A DNA stretch of 64,000 nt from an uncultured bacterium (GTDB lineage: Bacteria; Omnitrophota; Gorgyraeia; Duberdicusellales; CBEUCJ01), in contig CBEUCJ010000002.1 in assembly GCA_965541615.1 (NCBI GenBank), positions 159,795 to 223,794 of the forward strand, in the 5' to 3' direction. This document shows positions 51,146 to 59,264 of this stretch, piece after piece (positions within the stretch are counted from its first letter, which is position 1; each line of letters begins with the position of its first letter). A program made the position numbers and the translations under genes. The notes beneath the pieces were generated by a model that worked only from the letters and a program-made list of their open reading frames with translations, ran no database searches and was not told where the DNA came from.

Positions 51146-51877
51146 TTACAACAAATCCCACATTCCAAATCCTTGAGAGTTTTTTGTGCCTAAACCTGTA
51201 TAATAAGAAAGTTCTAAGATTTTGGGTTCAGATTCTAAAATATAACTTCCCATCCAGGCTTTTATTACTGTGCCTTTGTAAATTATTATTTTTTTATCTT
51301 TTTTGAAATCTAATTTGAAAGGCGTTATTTTAAAAAAGAAATCTTTTTCTTCTCCAAATACTAACTTATATTTTTTCTTTAAATTTTCTTTTAGAAGTTG
51401 AGAAAATTCAGATTCTTGAGGAGAGTAATAATATGTTCTCTTCTTATTTGAATTTTTAAAAGTGCTATAAACTGTTAATGGTGAGAGCATCTTTATTTTT
51501 ATTCTTTTTTCTTTAAATTCAGGTCTTTTTAGAACTTTTATCTCTTCAATAAAAACCTTATTTTTATCTAAATAAAACTCTTGTTTTTTCAACATACCTT
51601 CAGCTAAGTTTTGCAAAATTTCAATCTTTGGAGATGAGATTAAAAAATTCACAGGAGGTTGAAACTCAAAATTATCAGAATTAATCTTAAACTTTCCATT
51701 CAATCTGGAAAAACAAAACAATTTAAACCTTCTCTTTTCATATCTGAAACCTTCTGAATGCAAAAATCTTCTAAAAATAGGCTCAAAAAGAGAGTAAATA
51801 AAACCTTGCAAAATACGATTGTAATGCTTGGGAAGCTTTATAGTGGAATCTGAATTTAATAAAATTTTTAATCTCAC
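51146..51877 (-). CDS. cas6: orphan Cas6 (type I-B-like)
   Basis: YNRILQGFIY, FLHSEGF...FKLFCFS, LSPLTVYST, GLGTKNSQGFGM. Confidence 0.93.
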   Translation of the reverse strand: MRLKILLNSDSTIKLPKHYNRILQGFIYSLFEPIFRRFLHSEGFRYEKRRFKLFCFSRLNGKFKINSDNFEFQPPVNFLISSPKIEILQNLAEGMLKKQEFYLDKNKVFIEEIKVLKRPEFKEKRIKIKMLSPLTVYSTFKNSNKKRTYYYSPQESEFSQLLKENLKKKYKLVFGEEKDFFFKITPFKLDFKKDKKIIIYKGTVIKAWMGSYILESEPKILELSYYTGLGTKNSQGFGMWDLL

Positions 51878-51880
51878 TTT

Positions 51881-52393
51881 TTAAAATAAAGGAATCTCTT
51901 TTATATCTAAAACTTTGCAGATACGGATAAGAGTTTCTAAAGTAATATTGATTTTTCCTTTTTCTATTTTAGAAATATCTGGTTGCCTTAACCCTGTCTT
52001 TAAAGCTAAATCTTTCTGATTATAGCCTTTCTCCAATCTTTTTTCTTTTAAAAATTCACCTATTCTTTTTAAATCTTTGTTAATATAACTTTTCTGAATC
52101 TTTTTAATTCTCTTCTTTTTTAAAATAACTTCATAAATAGAATCCCACCAGTATAAAAAGTCCTCAGATTGTCTTCTTTTTAACCAGTATCTTCTTATTT
52201 TAGGCCAGTTCTCTATAAATTTTTCTTTGTCAATAATCTCAAATACTTCCTTAGGCTTATCACACCTGCTTAAGAAAGTATAAGCTTTTATAACAAACTG
52301 AGGATGCAAAGGATCTTTTAGAATTTTTTCTACTTCTTTTAGCGCTTGAGCATTATACTCCCAGAAATATTTTTTTATATCTACTTTTTTCAT
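51881..52393 (-). CDS. putative antitoxin: Trp-rich N-terminal domain + C-terminal XRE HTH
   Basis: KYFWEYN N-terminus; LKEKRLEKGYNQKDLALKTGLRQPDISKIEKGKINITLETL (HTH_3); ATGA-coupled to AbiEii. Confidence 0.8.
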   Translation of the reverse strand: MKKVDIKKYFWEYNAQALKEVEKILKDPLHPQFVIKAYTFLSRCDKPKEVFEIIDKEKFIENWPKIRRYWLKRRQSEDFLYWWDSIYEVILKKKRIKKIQKSYINKDLKRIGEFLKEKRLEKGYNQKDLALKTGLRQPDISKIEKGKINITLETLIRICKVLDIKEIPLF

Positions 52394-53097
52394 AATACTT
52401 CTTCTGTAATTTTTTCTATTTCTCTATCAAAATATCTAATCACTTCTTTAGAATCAAAATTTTTATCATAGATATCTAAAGCTAATGCTTCTATTTTAAA
52501 TTCCTCTCGAGAATAGGTTCTATACCAGTAAATTAAACCCCTTTTGTAATGAAGAGGTAATTTTTTAACAAACTTATGCAAAGGACAAATTTTTTTTGAA
52601 AGATAATAAAGATCTACAATATCTCTTGCCTCTCCTCTTCCTGTAAATATTTCTTTGCCTACATCATCTAATTTCAATCTTGTGCCTATGAGAGCTAAAA
52701 TTTTTTGATAATAGATATTTTTAACATCATAAACAGGAATTTGATTAAATCTTTTAATTGTTGGTTTTTTAAAAATAACATCTTCTATAAAGTCTATCTT
52801 CAAGGGAAATTTTGCTTCTTTGATATCTACAACATAAAATCTGACTTTGGCTTTTCCTTCTATATTTAATTCATTTTCTAACTTTAACTTTTTCCCTAAG
52901 GCTTTATTAAATTCTTTAACTAATTTATCGATTTCAGATACTTTATATTGAGAAGAAAAGAAATCTAAATCTTTTGAGAATCTGTGTTTAAGATAGAACA
53001 ACTCTAAAGCTGATCCACCACTTAAAGCAAAGGTTTCTCTAAATTGAGAAAAAATTTTAAGTATTTCCAATTGAACTTTTCTTAACGCTTTATCCAT
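52390..53097 (-). CDS. AbiEii/AbiGii-family nucleotidyltransferase toxin
   Basis: ALSGGSALELFYLKHRFSKDLDFF, KIDFIED, RGEARDIVDLY. Confidence 0.9.
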   Translation of the reverse strand: MDKALRKVQLEILKIFSQFRETFALSGGSALELFYLKHRFSKDLDFFSSQYKVSEIDKLVKEFNKALGKKLKLENELNIEGKAKVRFYVVDIKEAKFPLKIDFIEDVIFKKPTIKRFNQIPVYDVKNIYYQKILALIGTRLKLDDVGKEIFTGRGEARDIVDLYYLSKKICPLHKFVKKLPLHYKRGLIYWYRTYSREEFKIEALALDIYDKNFDSKEVIRYFDREIEKITEEVL

Positions 53098-53111
53098 AAA
53101 TTAATATGTAT

Positions 53112-53154
53112 TATATCCTATATTTAGTATAGATTATAACCTATTAATTTTCAA
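53112..53154 (-). promoter_or_regulatory. sigma70 promoter with imperfect inverted repeat for the abiEii-xre-cas6 operon
   Basis: - strand TTGAAA (53154-53149)-17-TATACT (53131-53126); TATATCCTA-4-TAGTATAGA (7/9 inverted repeat) overlaps the -10. Confidence 0.55.
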
Positions 53155-53160
53155 GACCTA

Positions 53161-54519
53161 TCAATTCTTACTGATGATGAATTCTTTAATTTTTTGGGTG
53201 TCAGCTTCTAAAATATAAAATTTCTTTTCTCTTTTTTTCAAAATCTCTATTTTTTCTGATAAGGGCTTTTTTATACCTATCTTTTCATAAACCTGAGGGA
53301 ATTTTGCAGGGCAAGCTGTAGCTAAAGAAATCTTTGGAGTTTTATCTTCAACTTTTAGTAAAGCTTTCACTCCACAGGCAGTATGAGGGCAGATTAAATA
53401 GTTATATTTTTCATAGACTTCTTTTATTGTTTCTAAAGCTTCTTTTTGATTTACAGAAAAAGAAATAAAATCTTCTTGAACTTTTTTAACCTCAAGTTCA
53501 GAAAATTTTAAAGCCTTTTTTTCTTTAAATTCTTCCATCTTTTTTTTAACAATCTCTGGATCTTCATCATAAAAATAATATAAATACCTTTCAAAATTGC
53601 TGGCAACTTGAATATCCATTGCTGGAGAAATTGTCTTTATAACTTCTCTTACACTGTAATCACCTGAATTTACAAATCTTGTTAAAATATCATTTTCATT
53701 TGTAGCCAAAATCAACTTCTTTATAGGCAGACCCATTCTTTTTGCTAAATACCCAGCAAATATATTCCCAAAATTTCCTGTAGGAACACTAAAATAAATT
53801 TCTTCTTTTCCAGATTTAAAAAAACTGTAAAAATAATAAACAGTCTGAGCTAAAATCCTGGCAAAGTTTATGGAGTTGACAGCTCCTAAGTTATATTTTG
53901 CTTTGAATTCTAAATCTGAAAACAAATCTTTTACAATCTGCTGACAATCATCAAAAGTTCCTTTAACTGCTATTGGATAAATATTACTAGATTCAGTTGC
54001 TGTCATTTGTAATTCTTGAAGTTGACTTATTCTCTGGTAAGGATACAAAATAAAGACTTTTATATTTTCTTTATCTTTCAAAGCCCAAATAGCAGCAGAG
54101 CCTGTATCACCTGAGGTGGCTCCCAAAACATTCATTTTTTTATTTTCTTCTTTTAAGATGTATTCAAATAGATTTCCTAAAAATTGAAGAGCAATATCTT
54201 TAAAAGATAATGTAGGACCATAAAAAAGCTCTAAAATATAAAAATCTTTTAAATCTACTAAATTAACAACATTCTCAGTATCAAAATTTTTATAACTTTT
54301 CTCTATTAACTCTTTTAAATCTTTTTCAGGAATATCTGTCATAAATAATTTAAAAATCTCAAAAGCTAATTCTCTGTAAGATAAAGTTTTTAATCCAGAT
54401 AAATCTTGTTTGGGGATAAACTCTGGAAGGATTAAACCTCCATCATCTGCTAAACCCATTAAAACAGTCTCTTTAAAACTTATATTCCTGATTCTGCCTC
54501 TTGTGCTTTTATACTTCAT
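53161..54519 (-). CDS. thrC: threonine synthase
   Basis: MKYKSTRG, GLADDGGL, ELFYGPTLSFKD, ATSGDTGSAA, NSINFARI, VPTGNFG. Confidence 0.96.
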   Translation of the reverse strand: MKYKSTRGRIRNISFKETVLMGLADDGGLILPEFIPKQDLSGLKTLSYRELAFEIFKLFMTDIPEKDLKELIEKSYKNFDTENVVNLVDLKDFYILELFYGPTLSFKDIALQFLGNLFEYILKEENKKMNVLGATSGDTGSAAIWALKDKENIKVFILYPYQRISQLQELQMTATESSNIYPIAVKGTFDDCQQIVKDLFSDLEFKAKYNLGAVNSINFARILAQTVYYFYSFFKSGKEEIYFSVPTGNFGNIFAGYLAKRMGLPIKKLILATNENDILTRFVNSGDYSVREVIKTISPAMDIQVASNFERYLYYFYDEDPEIVKKKMEEFKEKKALKFSELEVKKVQEDFISFSVNQKEALETIKEVYEKYNYLICPHTACGVKALLKVEDKTPKISLATACPAKFPQVYEKIGIKKPLSEKIEILKKREKKFYILEADTQKIKEFIISKN

Positions 54520-55186
54520 GTTTTAAACTATTTTGAGTCCCTAAAAGAATATCTTTTGCTATTACTTGAAGTTCTTTATAAATTTCATCTATATCATATT
54601 CTTTTGCCCATCTTATTTTTTTTAACTCTTCCTTAGGCATAGTTTTGATTATTTTTGAAACTCTTATAGGATTTATCAAAGCCTTTTTTGAAGCTATGTC
54701 CATAATCTCTTTCCACAAAAAACTTCTATTTTTAGATACTATCCAGATATCAACTATATCTTTAGCTTCATATCTTTCTATGGAAGTGATTTTATTAGCT
54801 AAAATATTTATCTCATTATCTACAAATTTAAACTCATTAAAACTTTTTAAGTTCCCCCATCTGAAAACAGCTTCATTAACAAAGTCTACTTTTAATTTGA
54901 CTCCTTCTTTTTTTAAATAAATTCTACTAAAGGTGTCAGAGACGACTTCAGCTTCCCATTCAATGTCAGAAGGTAATCTTTCTAATATATCTCTTATATA
55001 TTTTTTAAAATCTGAAAGTTCTTTTTGAGAGAAAAAATCTAAATCTTCTGAATATCTATGTTGAAAATAAAATCTTGCTAAAGCTGTGTCCCCTGTAAGA
55101 TAGAAAGCTTCATATTTATTTAAGATGGAAAAAATCTCATTTTGCAAAGGATAATTTTTTTTTTCAAAAAACTCTTTATAATTCAC
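54509..55186 (-). CDS. AbiEii-family nucleotidyltransferase (GG>GD variant)
   Basis: YLTGDTALARFYFQHRYSEDLDFF, KVDFVNE, ANKI, EAKDIVDIW. Confidence 0.88.
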   Translation of the reverse strand: MNYKEFFEKKNYPLQNEIFSILNKYEAFYLTGDTALARFYFQHRYSEDLDFFSQKELSDFKKYIRDILERLPSDIEWEAEVVSDTFSRIYLKKEGVKLKVDFVNEAVFRWGNLKSFNEFKFVDNEINILANKITSIERYEAKDIVDIWIVSKNRSFLWKEIMDIASKKALINPIRVSKIIKTMPKEELKKIRWAKEYDIDEIYKELQVIAKDILLGTQNSLKHEV

Positions 55187-55466
55187 TTAGAACCTCTCTG
55201 GCATAAATAAAATCCTGCCTGAGGCTTTCTATATGGATGTATTTCAAAACTTCATCATTTAAAATCTCTTTTAAAATATGTGGGCCAAAAATTTCTAACA
55301 GTTTATACCAGTTTACACTTAAAAGGAGTCTGGCTAAAATTTTTTCTCTATTTAAAGAAAAACTTTTTTTTCTTCCTTCCAGAATTTGAATAAGCTCTTC
55401 TAAAGAAACTTCATAATCCCATACAATTTTTTTTAATTCTTCTTTAAGCTTTTCATTTATATTCAT
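55176..55466 (-). CDS. small putative antitoxin (WDY-motif, DUF6922-like)
   Basis: KKIVWDYEV...ILARLL; coupled directly upstream of AbiEii. Confidence 0.65.
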   Translation of the reverse strand: MNINEKLKEELKKIVWDYEVSLEELIQILEGRKKSFSLNREKILARLLLSVNWYKLLEIFGPHILKEILNDEVLKYIHIESLRQDFIYAREVLSEL

Positions 55467-55467
55467 T

Positions 55468-56010
55468 TTAAAGATAATCTTTAAAGATTTTTTTAAAGAC
55501 TTCTAATCCTATGTTTAAAGATTTATCATCATATAAAACCATTCTGATTCTTTTTAAATATCTTAAATTTGGAATTTCAGACAAAATTGTTTTAAAAGCT
55601 ACCTCTAAACCTTCATCTAAAGGATAACCAAATATACCAGTAGATATTGCACAAAAAGCTATAGAATCCAATTCATATTCTTCAGCTAACTTCAAACAAT
55701 TCTTGTAACATTCTGCTAATTTTTTCTCAGGATCTTTTTCTCTATAATAAACAGGTCCTAAAGTATGTATTACATATTCATTTGGCAAATTGTAACCTTT
55801 AGTAATCACAGCTTGACCTGTTTTAATGGGTGCTAATCTCTTACACTCTTCATAAAGCTCAGGACCTGCAGCTCTATGAATTGCACCTGCTACTCCTCCA
55901 CCTGGTGCTAATTGAGCATTGGCTGCATTTACTACAGCTTTAAAGCCTTTTTGCTTTGTAATATCTCCTTGAACACACTCTACCAGAATATCGTTAATTC
56001 TTACTTCCAT
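55468..56010 (-). CDS. macro domain protein (ADP-ribose hydrolase, YmdB-like)
   Basis: QGDIT, VVNAAN...GGGVAGAIHRAAG, VIHTLGP, AISTGIFGYP. Confidence 0.95.
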   Translation of the reverse strand: MEVRINDILVECVQGDITKQKGFKAVVNAANAQLAPGGGVAGAIHRAAGPELYEECKRLAPIKTGQAVITKGYNLPNEYVIHTLGPVYYREKDPEKKLAECYKNCLKLAEEYELDSIAFCAISTGIFGYPLDEGLEVAFKTILSEIPNLRYLKRIRMVLYDDKSLNIGLEVFKKIFKDYL

Positions 56011-56477
56011 AGATTTTTATTATAACATTTTTTTAGAATATTTAATAGCTCTGTCCTTTTAGCTTTTGGTATCTGAGATACTAACAGTTTATTTTTAAAA
56101 AACCCACACCCTAAAACTTTATCTTCAAAACTTATAGCTACATACCCTTCTTTTAGCTCTTTTTTTTCAAATTTAATCTTTTGTCTTTCCAAAATCTCTA
56201 TTAACTCTTCTAACTTTAAATCTACTTTGTTTTCTTTTATTTGCTTATTTAAAAAAATCAACCCCCAAGAAGTAGGTTTTAATTCATCTTTTCTAATTAC
56301 CCTCAACAAAGGTATCCCTAAAGAAATGATTTTATTTAAAGAAATATCTTTCTCAAATTTATTTACCCATATTATTTTTCCTCTAAATATTAAGTTAAGA
56401 TTGCGCCAAAAATCTTTAGAAACTCTAAATCTTTCAAAAAAGAAATTTTTCACCTTTTCTTTTAATTCAAGATTCAT
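56001..56477 (-). CDS. RsmF C-terminal/NIP7-like RNA-binding partner protein
   Basis: LGIPLLR..KPTS, EGYVAISFEDKVLGCG...SQIPK; coupled to the NOL1/NOP2 methyltransferase. Confidence 0.65.
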   Translation of the reverse strand: MNLELKEKVKNFFFERFRVSKDFWRNLNLIFRGKIIWVNKFEKDISLNKIISLGIPLLRVIRKDELKPTSWGLIFLNKQIKENKVDLKLEELIEILERQKIKFEKKELKEGYVAISFEDKVLGCGFFKNKLLVSQIPKAKRTELLNILKKCYNKNLWK

Positions 56478-57373
56478 TTTGCTTTTATCAATTTAGCTAC
56501 AAAACCTCCTCCTGAAAAAAGATGATGAGGATACACCCTCATACATAATTCTAAATCCTGATTAAATTCTTTTCTTTGCCAACGAGTTAATCCTTTCTGA
56601 TGGGGAATATTTAAATCTATCTTTACTAACTTAACATTCTTTTTATTTAACACATAGTTAACTACCTCTTCATTCTCTTCAGGGCTAAAAGTGCAGGTAG
56701 AATAAACTATTATGCCTCCAGGTTTTACTAAATCCACAGCTTTACTTAATAATCCTTTTTGAAGACCTGAAATTTTTTTTATAAAGTGTGTATCTACATA
56801 GTTTTTTTTATTATCATAAATTCTGTTTGCTTCAGCACTACAAGGAGCATCTACCAACACTTTATCGAATTCTATTTTATGTGGAAAAAATAAACCATTA
56901 AAATTTGTAACGATTGTGTTTAAAACTCCCAATTTATAAATGTTAGCCATTAAAGCTCTCTGTCTTTTAAAATTTATATCATTTGCAACTACCAGACCCT
57001 TATTTTGCATTAGTTGAGCAATGAAAGTAGTCTTTCCTCCAGGAGCTGCGCATAAATCTAAAATCTTTTCTCCAGCTTTTGGATCCAAAGCTAAGACAGG
57101 TATCAAAGAGCTTATCTCTTGAATGTAAAAATAACCTAAATAAAATTCCAAAGTATCAGCTATACTTAATTGACTTTCTACTTCAAAGACTATTTTAAAA
57201 TATTTATTTGGTTTTAATTTCCAGCCTTTTTCAGTCAGAATTCTGCTTAATTTAGAAGGAGTTATTTTCAATGTGTTTACTCTTATAGTTTGAATCAAAG
57301 GTTTCTTAACTGCATCTAAAAATTCATTATAATTTTGTATTATCTCTTTGTATCTTTCTATTATAAGGACCAT
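56474..57373 (-). CDS. RsmB/RsmF (NOL1/NOP2/Sun) RNA m5C methyltransferase
   Basis: IRVNTLK, YIQEISS, LDLCAAPGGKT, LVDAPCS, VYSTCT, EENE. Confidence 0.93.
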   Translation of the reverse strand: MVLIIERYKEIIQNYNEFLDAVKKPLIQTIRVNTLKITPSKLSRILTEKGWKLKPNKYFKIVFEVESQLSIADTLEFYLGYFYIQEISSLIPVLALDPKAGEKILDLCAAPGGKTTFIAQLMQNKGLVVANDINFKRQRALMANIYKLGVLNTIVTNFNGLFFPHKIEFDKVLVDAPCSAEANRIYDNKKNYVDTHFIKKISGLQKGLLSKAVDLVKPGGIIVYSTCTFSPEENEEVVNYVLNKKNVKLVKIDLNIPHQKGLTRWQRKEFNQDLELCMRVYPHHLFSGGGFVAKLIKAK

Positions 57374-58095
57374 TTAGATAAAAGAGGAATTTGTTTTATT
57401 TTTGAACTATCTAAAATTTCTTTTATGATGCCATCAGGTCTTTCTATCTTTCTTGAAATCCTTATCAATCTTTTAGGAGTAGCTATCAAATCAATGCAGA
57501 CATCATGTATACTGTAAGGTAACTTTTCAAAAATTTGAATCTCTGATATAGTTGTAGCTATTTTTATATCTTTTTCTATCTTTTTGTATTCTAAAAGGAT
57601 AGCGAATTCTAAATCTGAGAATCCTTCTGATTTTCCTATTCTTACTCCCTCTAAAGAACAAGCTAAACTCCCTTCAACCATGAATTCTATTTTCGGAAGT
57701 TTATTTATTGAAATTAATCTTCCAAATTTAAACATACCTCTTATAGTTGAAGCAAATTTTGGGTCTTTTACTTTTTCTAAAAGTAAAAATCCTTTTTTTA
57801 ATTTAGGAGTAGGGACTATTAATATTTTATTCTGCTTTAAAGCTAATTCTCTCAAAATTCTTTGAGGAGAATCTGGATTTATTTTTATTACATAACTTTC
57901 TTTCCATTCTTGAGTTTGAGCTAAATTTAAACCAGCTTTTTCTGCTCCTACAAAATTAGGGATCCTGCCTTTAATTGGAAAAGGAGGTCTTGCTAGATTT
58001 AAGTCCTCTAATCTTTGCCAGACCTCTTCTCTTATTTTTGACTTTTCTCTTTTAACCTTTTCAAAATGAAGAATATCTTTTCTTTCGATGGGAAT
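57361..58095 (-). CDS. 5-formyltetrahydrofolate cyclo-ligase-like protein (MTHFSD/archaeal type), non-canonical start
   Basis: The frame is open from 58095 and encodes KIREEVWQRLE...ARPPFPIKGRIPNFVGAEKA...KINPDSPQ upstream of the first TTG (57855); later motifs VPTPKL, RIGKSEGFSDLE, HDVCID. Confidence 0.85.
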   Translation of the reverse strand: MPIERKDILHFEKVKREKSKIREEVWQRLEDLNLARPPFPIKGRIPNFVGAEKAGLNLAQTQEWKESYVIKINPDSPQRILRELALKQNKILIVPTPKLKKGFLLLEKVKDPKFASTIRGMFKFGRLISINKLPKIEFMVEGSLACSLEGVRIGKSEGFSDLEFAILLEYKKIEKDIKIATTISEIQIFEKLPYSIHDVCIDLIATPKRLIRISRKIERPDGIIKEILDSSKIKQIPLLSKWSL

Positions 58096-58548
58096 CTATT
58101 TAGAAGATTTTTTAACTGAAACTTCTCCTAAATTTACTCCTTTTTGAGTTAATCTCTTTTTTTCTCTTTGAAGTTTATCAGAAATATTCTGCAAAGTAAA
58201 TCTTAATTCTTGGATTTCTCTAAGAGAATTTTGGGATGCTAAATAAAGTTCTTTTAGACTTTTTTCTAATTCTTTAACTTTAGATAAAATCTTTTCATTC
58301 TCTTGCTTTTCTGCATTTAACTCTTCTATAGTGGTCCTTAACCTTTTTTCATTGTTACGTAATTTTTGATTTAAAAGGTCTAAAAAATTCTCTACTTTTC
58401 TTAACTTTCTTTGGAGGAAAAATTGATCATCTTTAAGATTAAGAACTTCTTTTACTTGTTGCTGATAGTAATAAACACCAACTACTAAATTAGCTATAAA
58501 GAGGACAAATAATAATATTAATGAAAAGACTATTGCTTTTGATTTCAT
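58096..58548 (-). CDS. membrane-anchored coiled-coil protein
   Basis: Single N-terminal TM, heptad-rich body, GGAGG RBS. Confidence 0.75.
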   Translation of the reverse strand: MKSKAIVFSLILLFVLFIANLVVGVYYYQQQVKEVLNLKDDQFFLQRKLRKVENFLDLLNQKLRNNEKRLRTTIEELNAEKQENEKILSKVKELEKSLKELYLASQNSLREIQELRFTLQNISDKLQREKKRLTQKGVNLGEVSVKKSSK

Positions 58549-58607
58549 GGTTTTTCACCTCCTCTTTAGCAGTTATTTTACCAATCTAGTAATTTTTGTT
58601 CAAGGAT

Positions 58608-59264
58608 TTATAAACTAAAAATCTTATCACAAAAAGAATTGAGTATTTGAATATTGTGGGAGATTAAAATAATAGTTAAATTAAATGTTTCATTAAGATT
58701 TTTTAATAATTTTAATATTTGAACTTGGAGATTTAAATCTAAAAAGGAAATTATCTCATCACATATTAAAACTTTAGGATCACATTCTAAAGCTAAAGCT
58801 AAACACACTCTTTGACGTTGTCCTCCTGATAATTGAAAAGGGTAAGAATCTAAAATTTCTAAAGGCAAATTTACTTTTTCCAAACTCTTTTTCATAATAT
58901 CTGTCCATTCTGACTTTTGATTTTTATACCATACCCTTAAAGGTTCAGTTAAAAGTTCTTTAATTTTAAGCCTTGGGTTTAAACTCGCTAAAGGATTTTG
59001 GGGGATGTATTTTACATCTTTCTTTATATTTTTTATAAAATCTGGATTCCAATTTACATCTCCTTCATCAAAAGGTAATAAACCCGCTATTATCTTTGCT
59101 AAAGTACTTTTACCTGCTCCAGTCTTTCCTGCAATTCCAAATATACTTTTAAATTCAACTGAAAAATTCAAATTTTTAAACACATAAAATCTCTCTTTTT
59201 TAAAGATCCCTTTTTTGTAAGTAAAACTTTTAGTTAAGTTTTTTACCTCTAATAAAGGTGGCAT
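58608..59264 (-). CDS. peptide/nickel ABC transporter ATP-binding protein (OppF/DppF-like)
   Basis: GKTGAGKS, LSGGQRQR, ICDE, ISHN. Confidence 0.92.
   Translation of the reverse strand: MPPLLEVKNLTKSFTYKKGIFKKERFYVFKNLNFSVEFKSIFGIAGKTGAGKSTLAKIIAGLLPFDEGDVNWNPDFIKNIKKDVKYIPQNPLASLNPRLKIKELLTEPLRVWYKNQKSEWTDIMKKSLEKVNLPLEILDSYPFQLSGGQRQRVCLALALECDPKVLICDEIISFLDLNLQVQILKLLKNLNETFNLTIILISHNIQILNSFCDKIFSL

Noticed and set aside
58096-58098. Pyrrolysine decoding of the in-frame TAG
   Set aside because: No pyl genes in the window, and TAG is used as a normal stop elsewhere (e.g. pflX); kept only as generic readthrough or non-AUG start in the findings.
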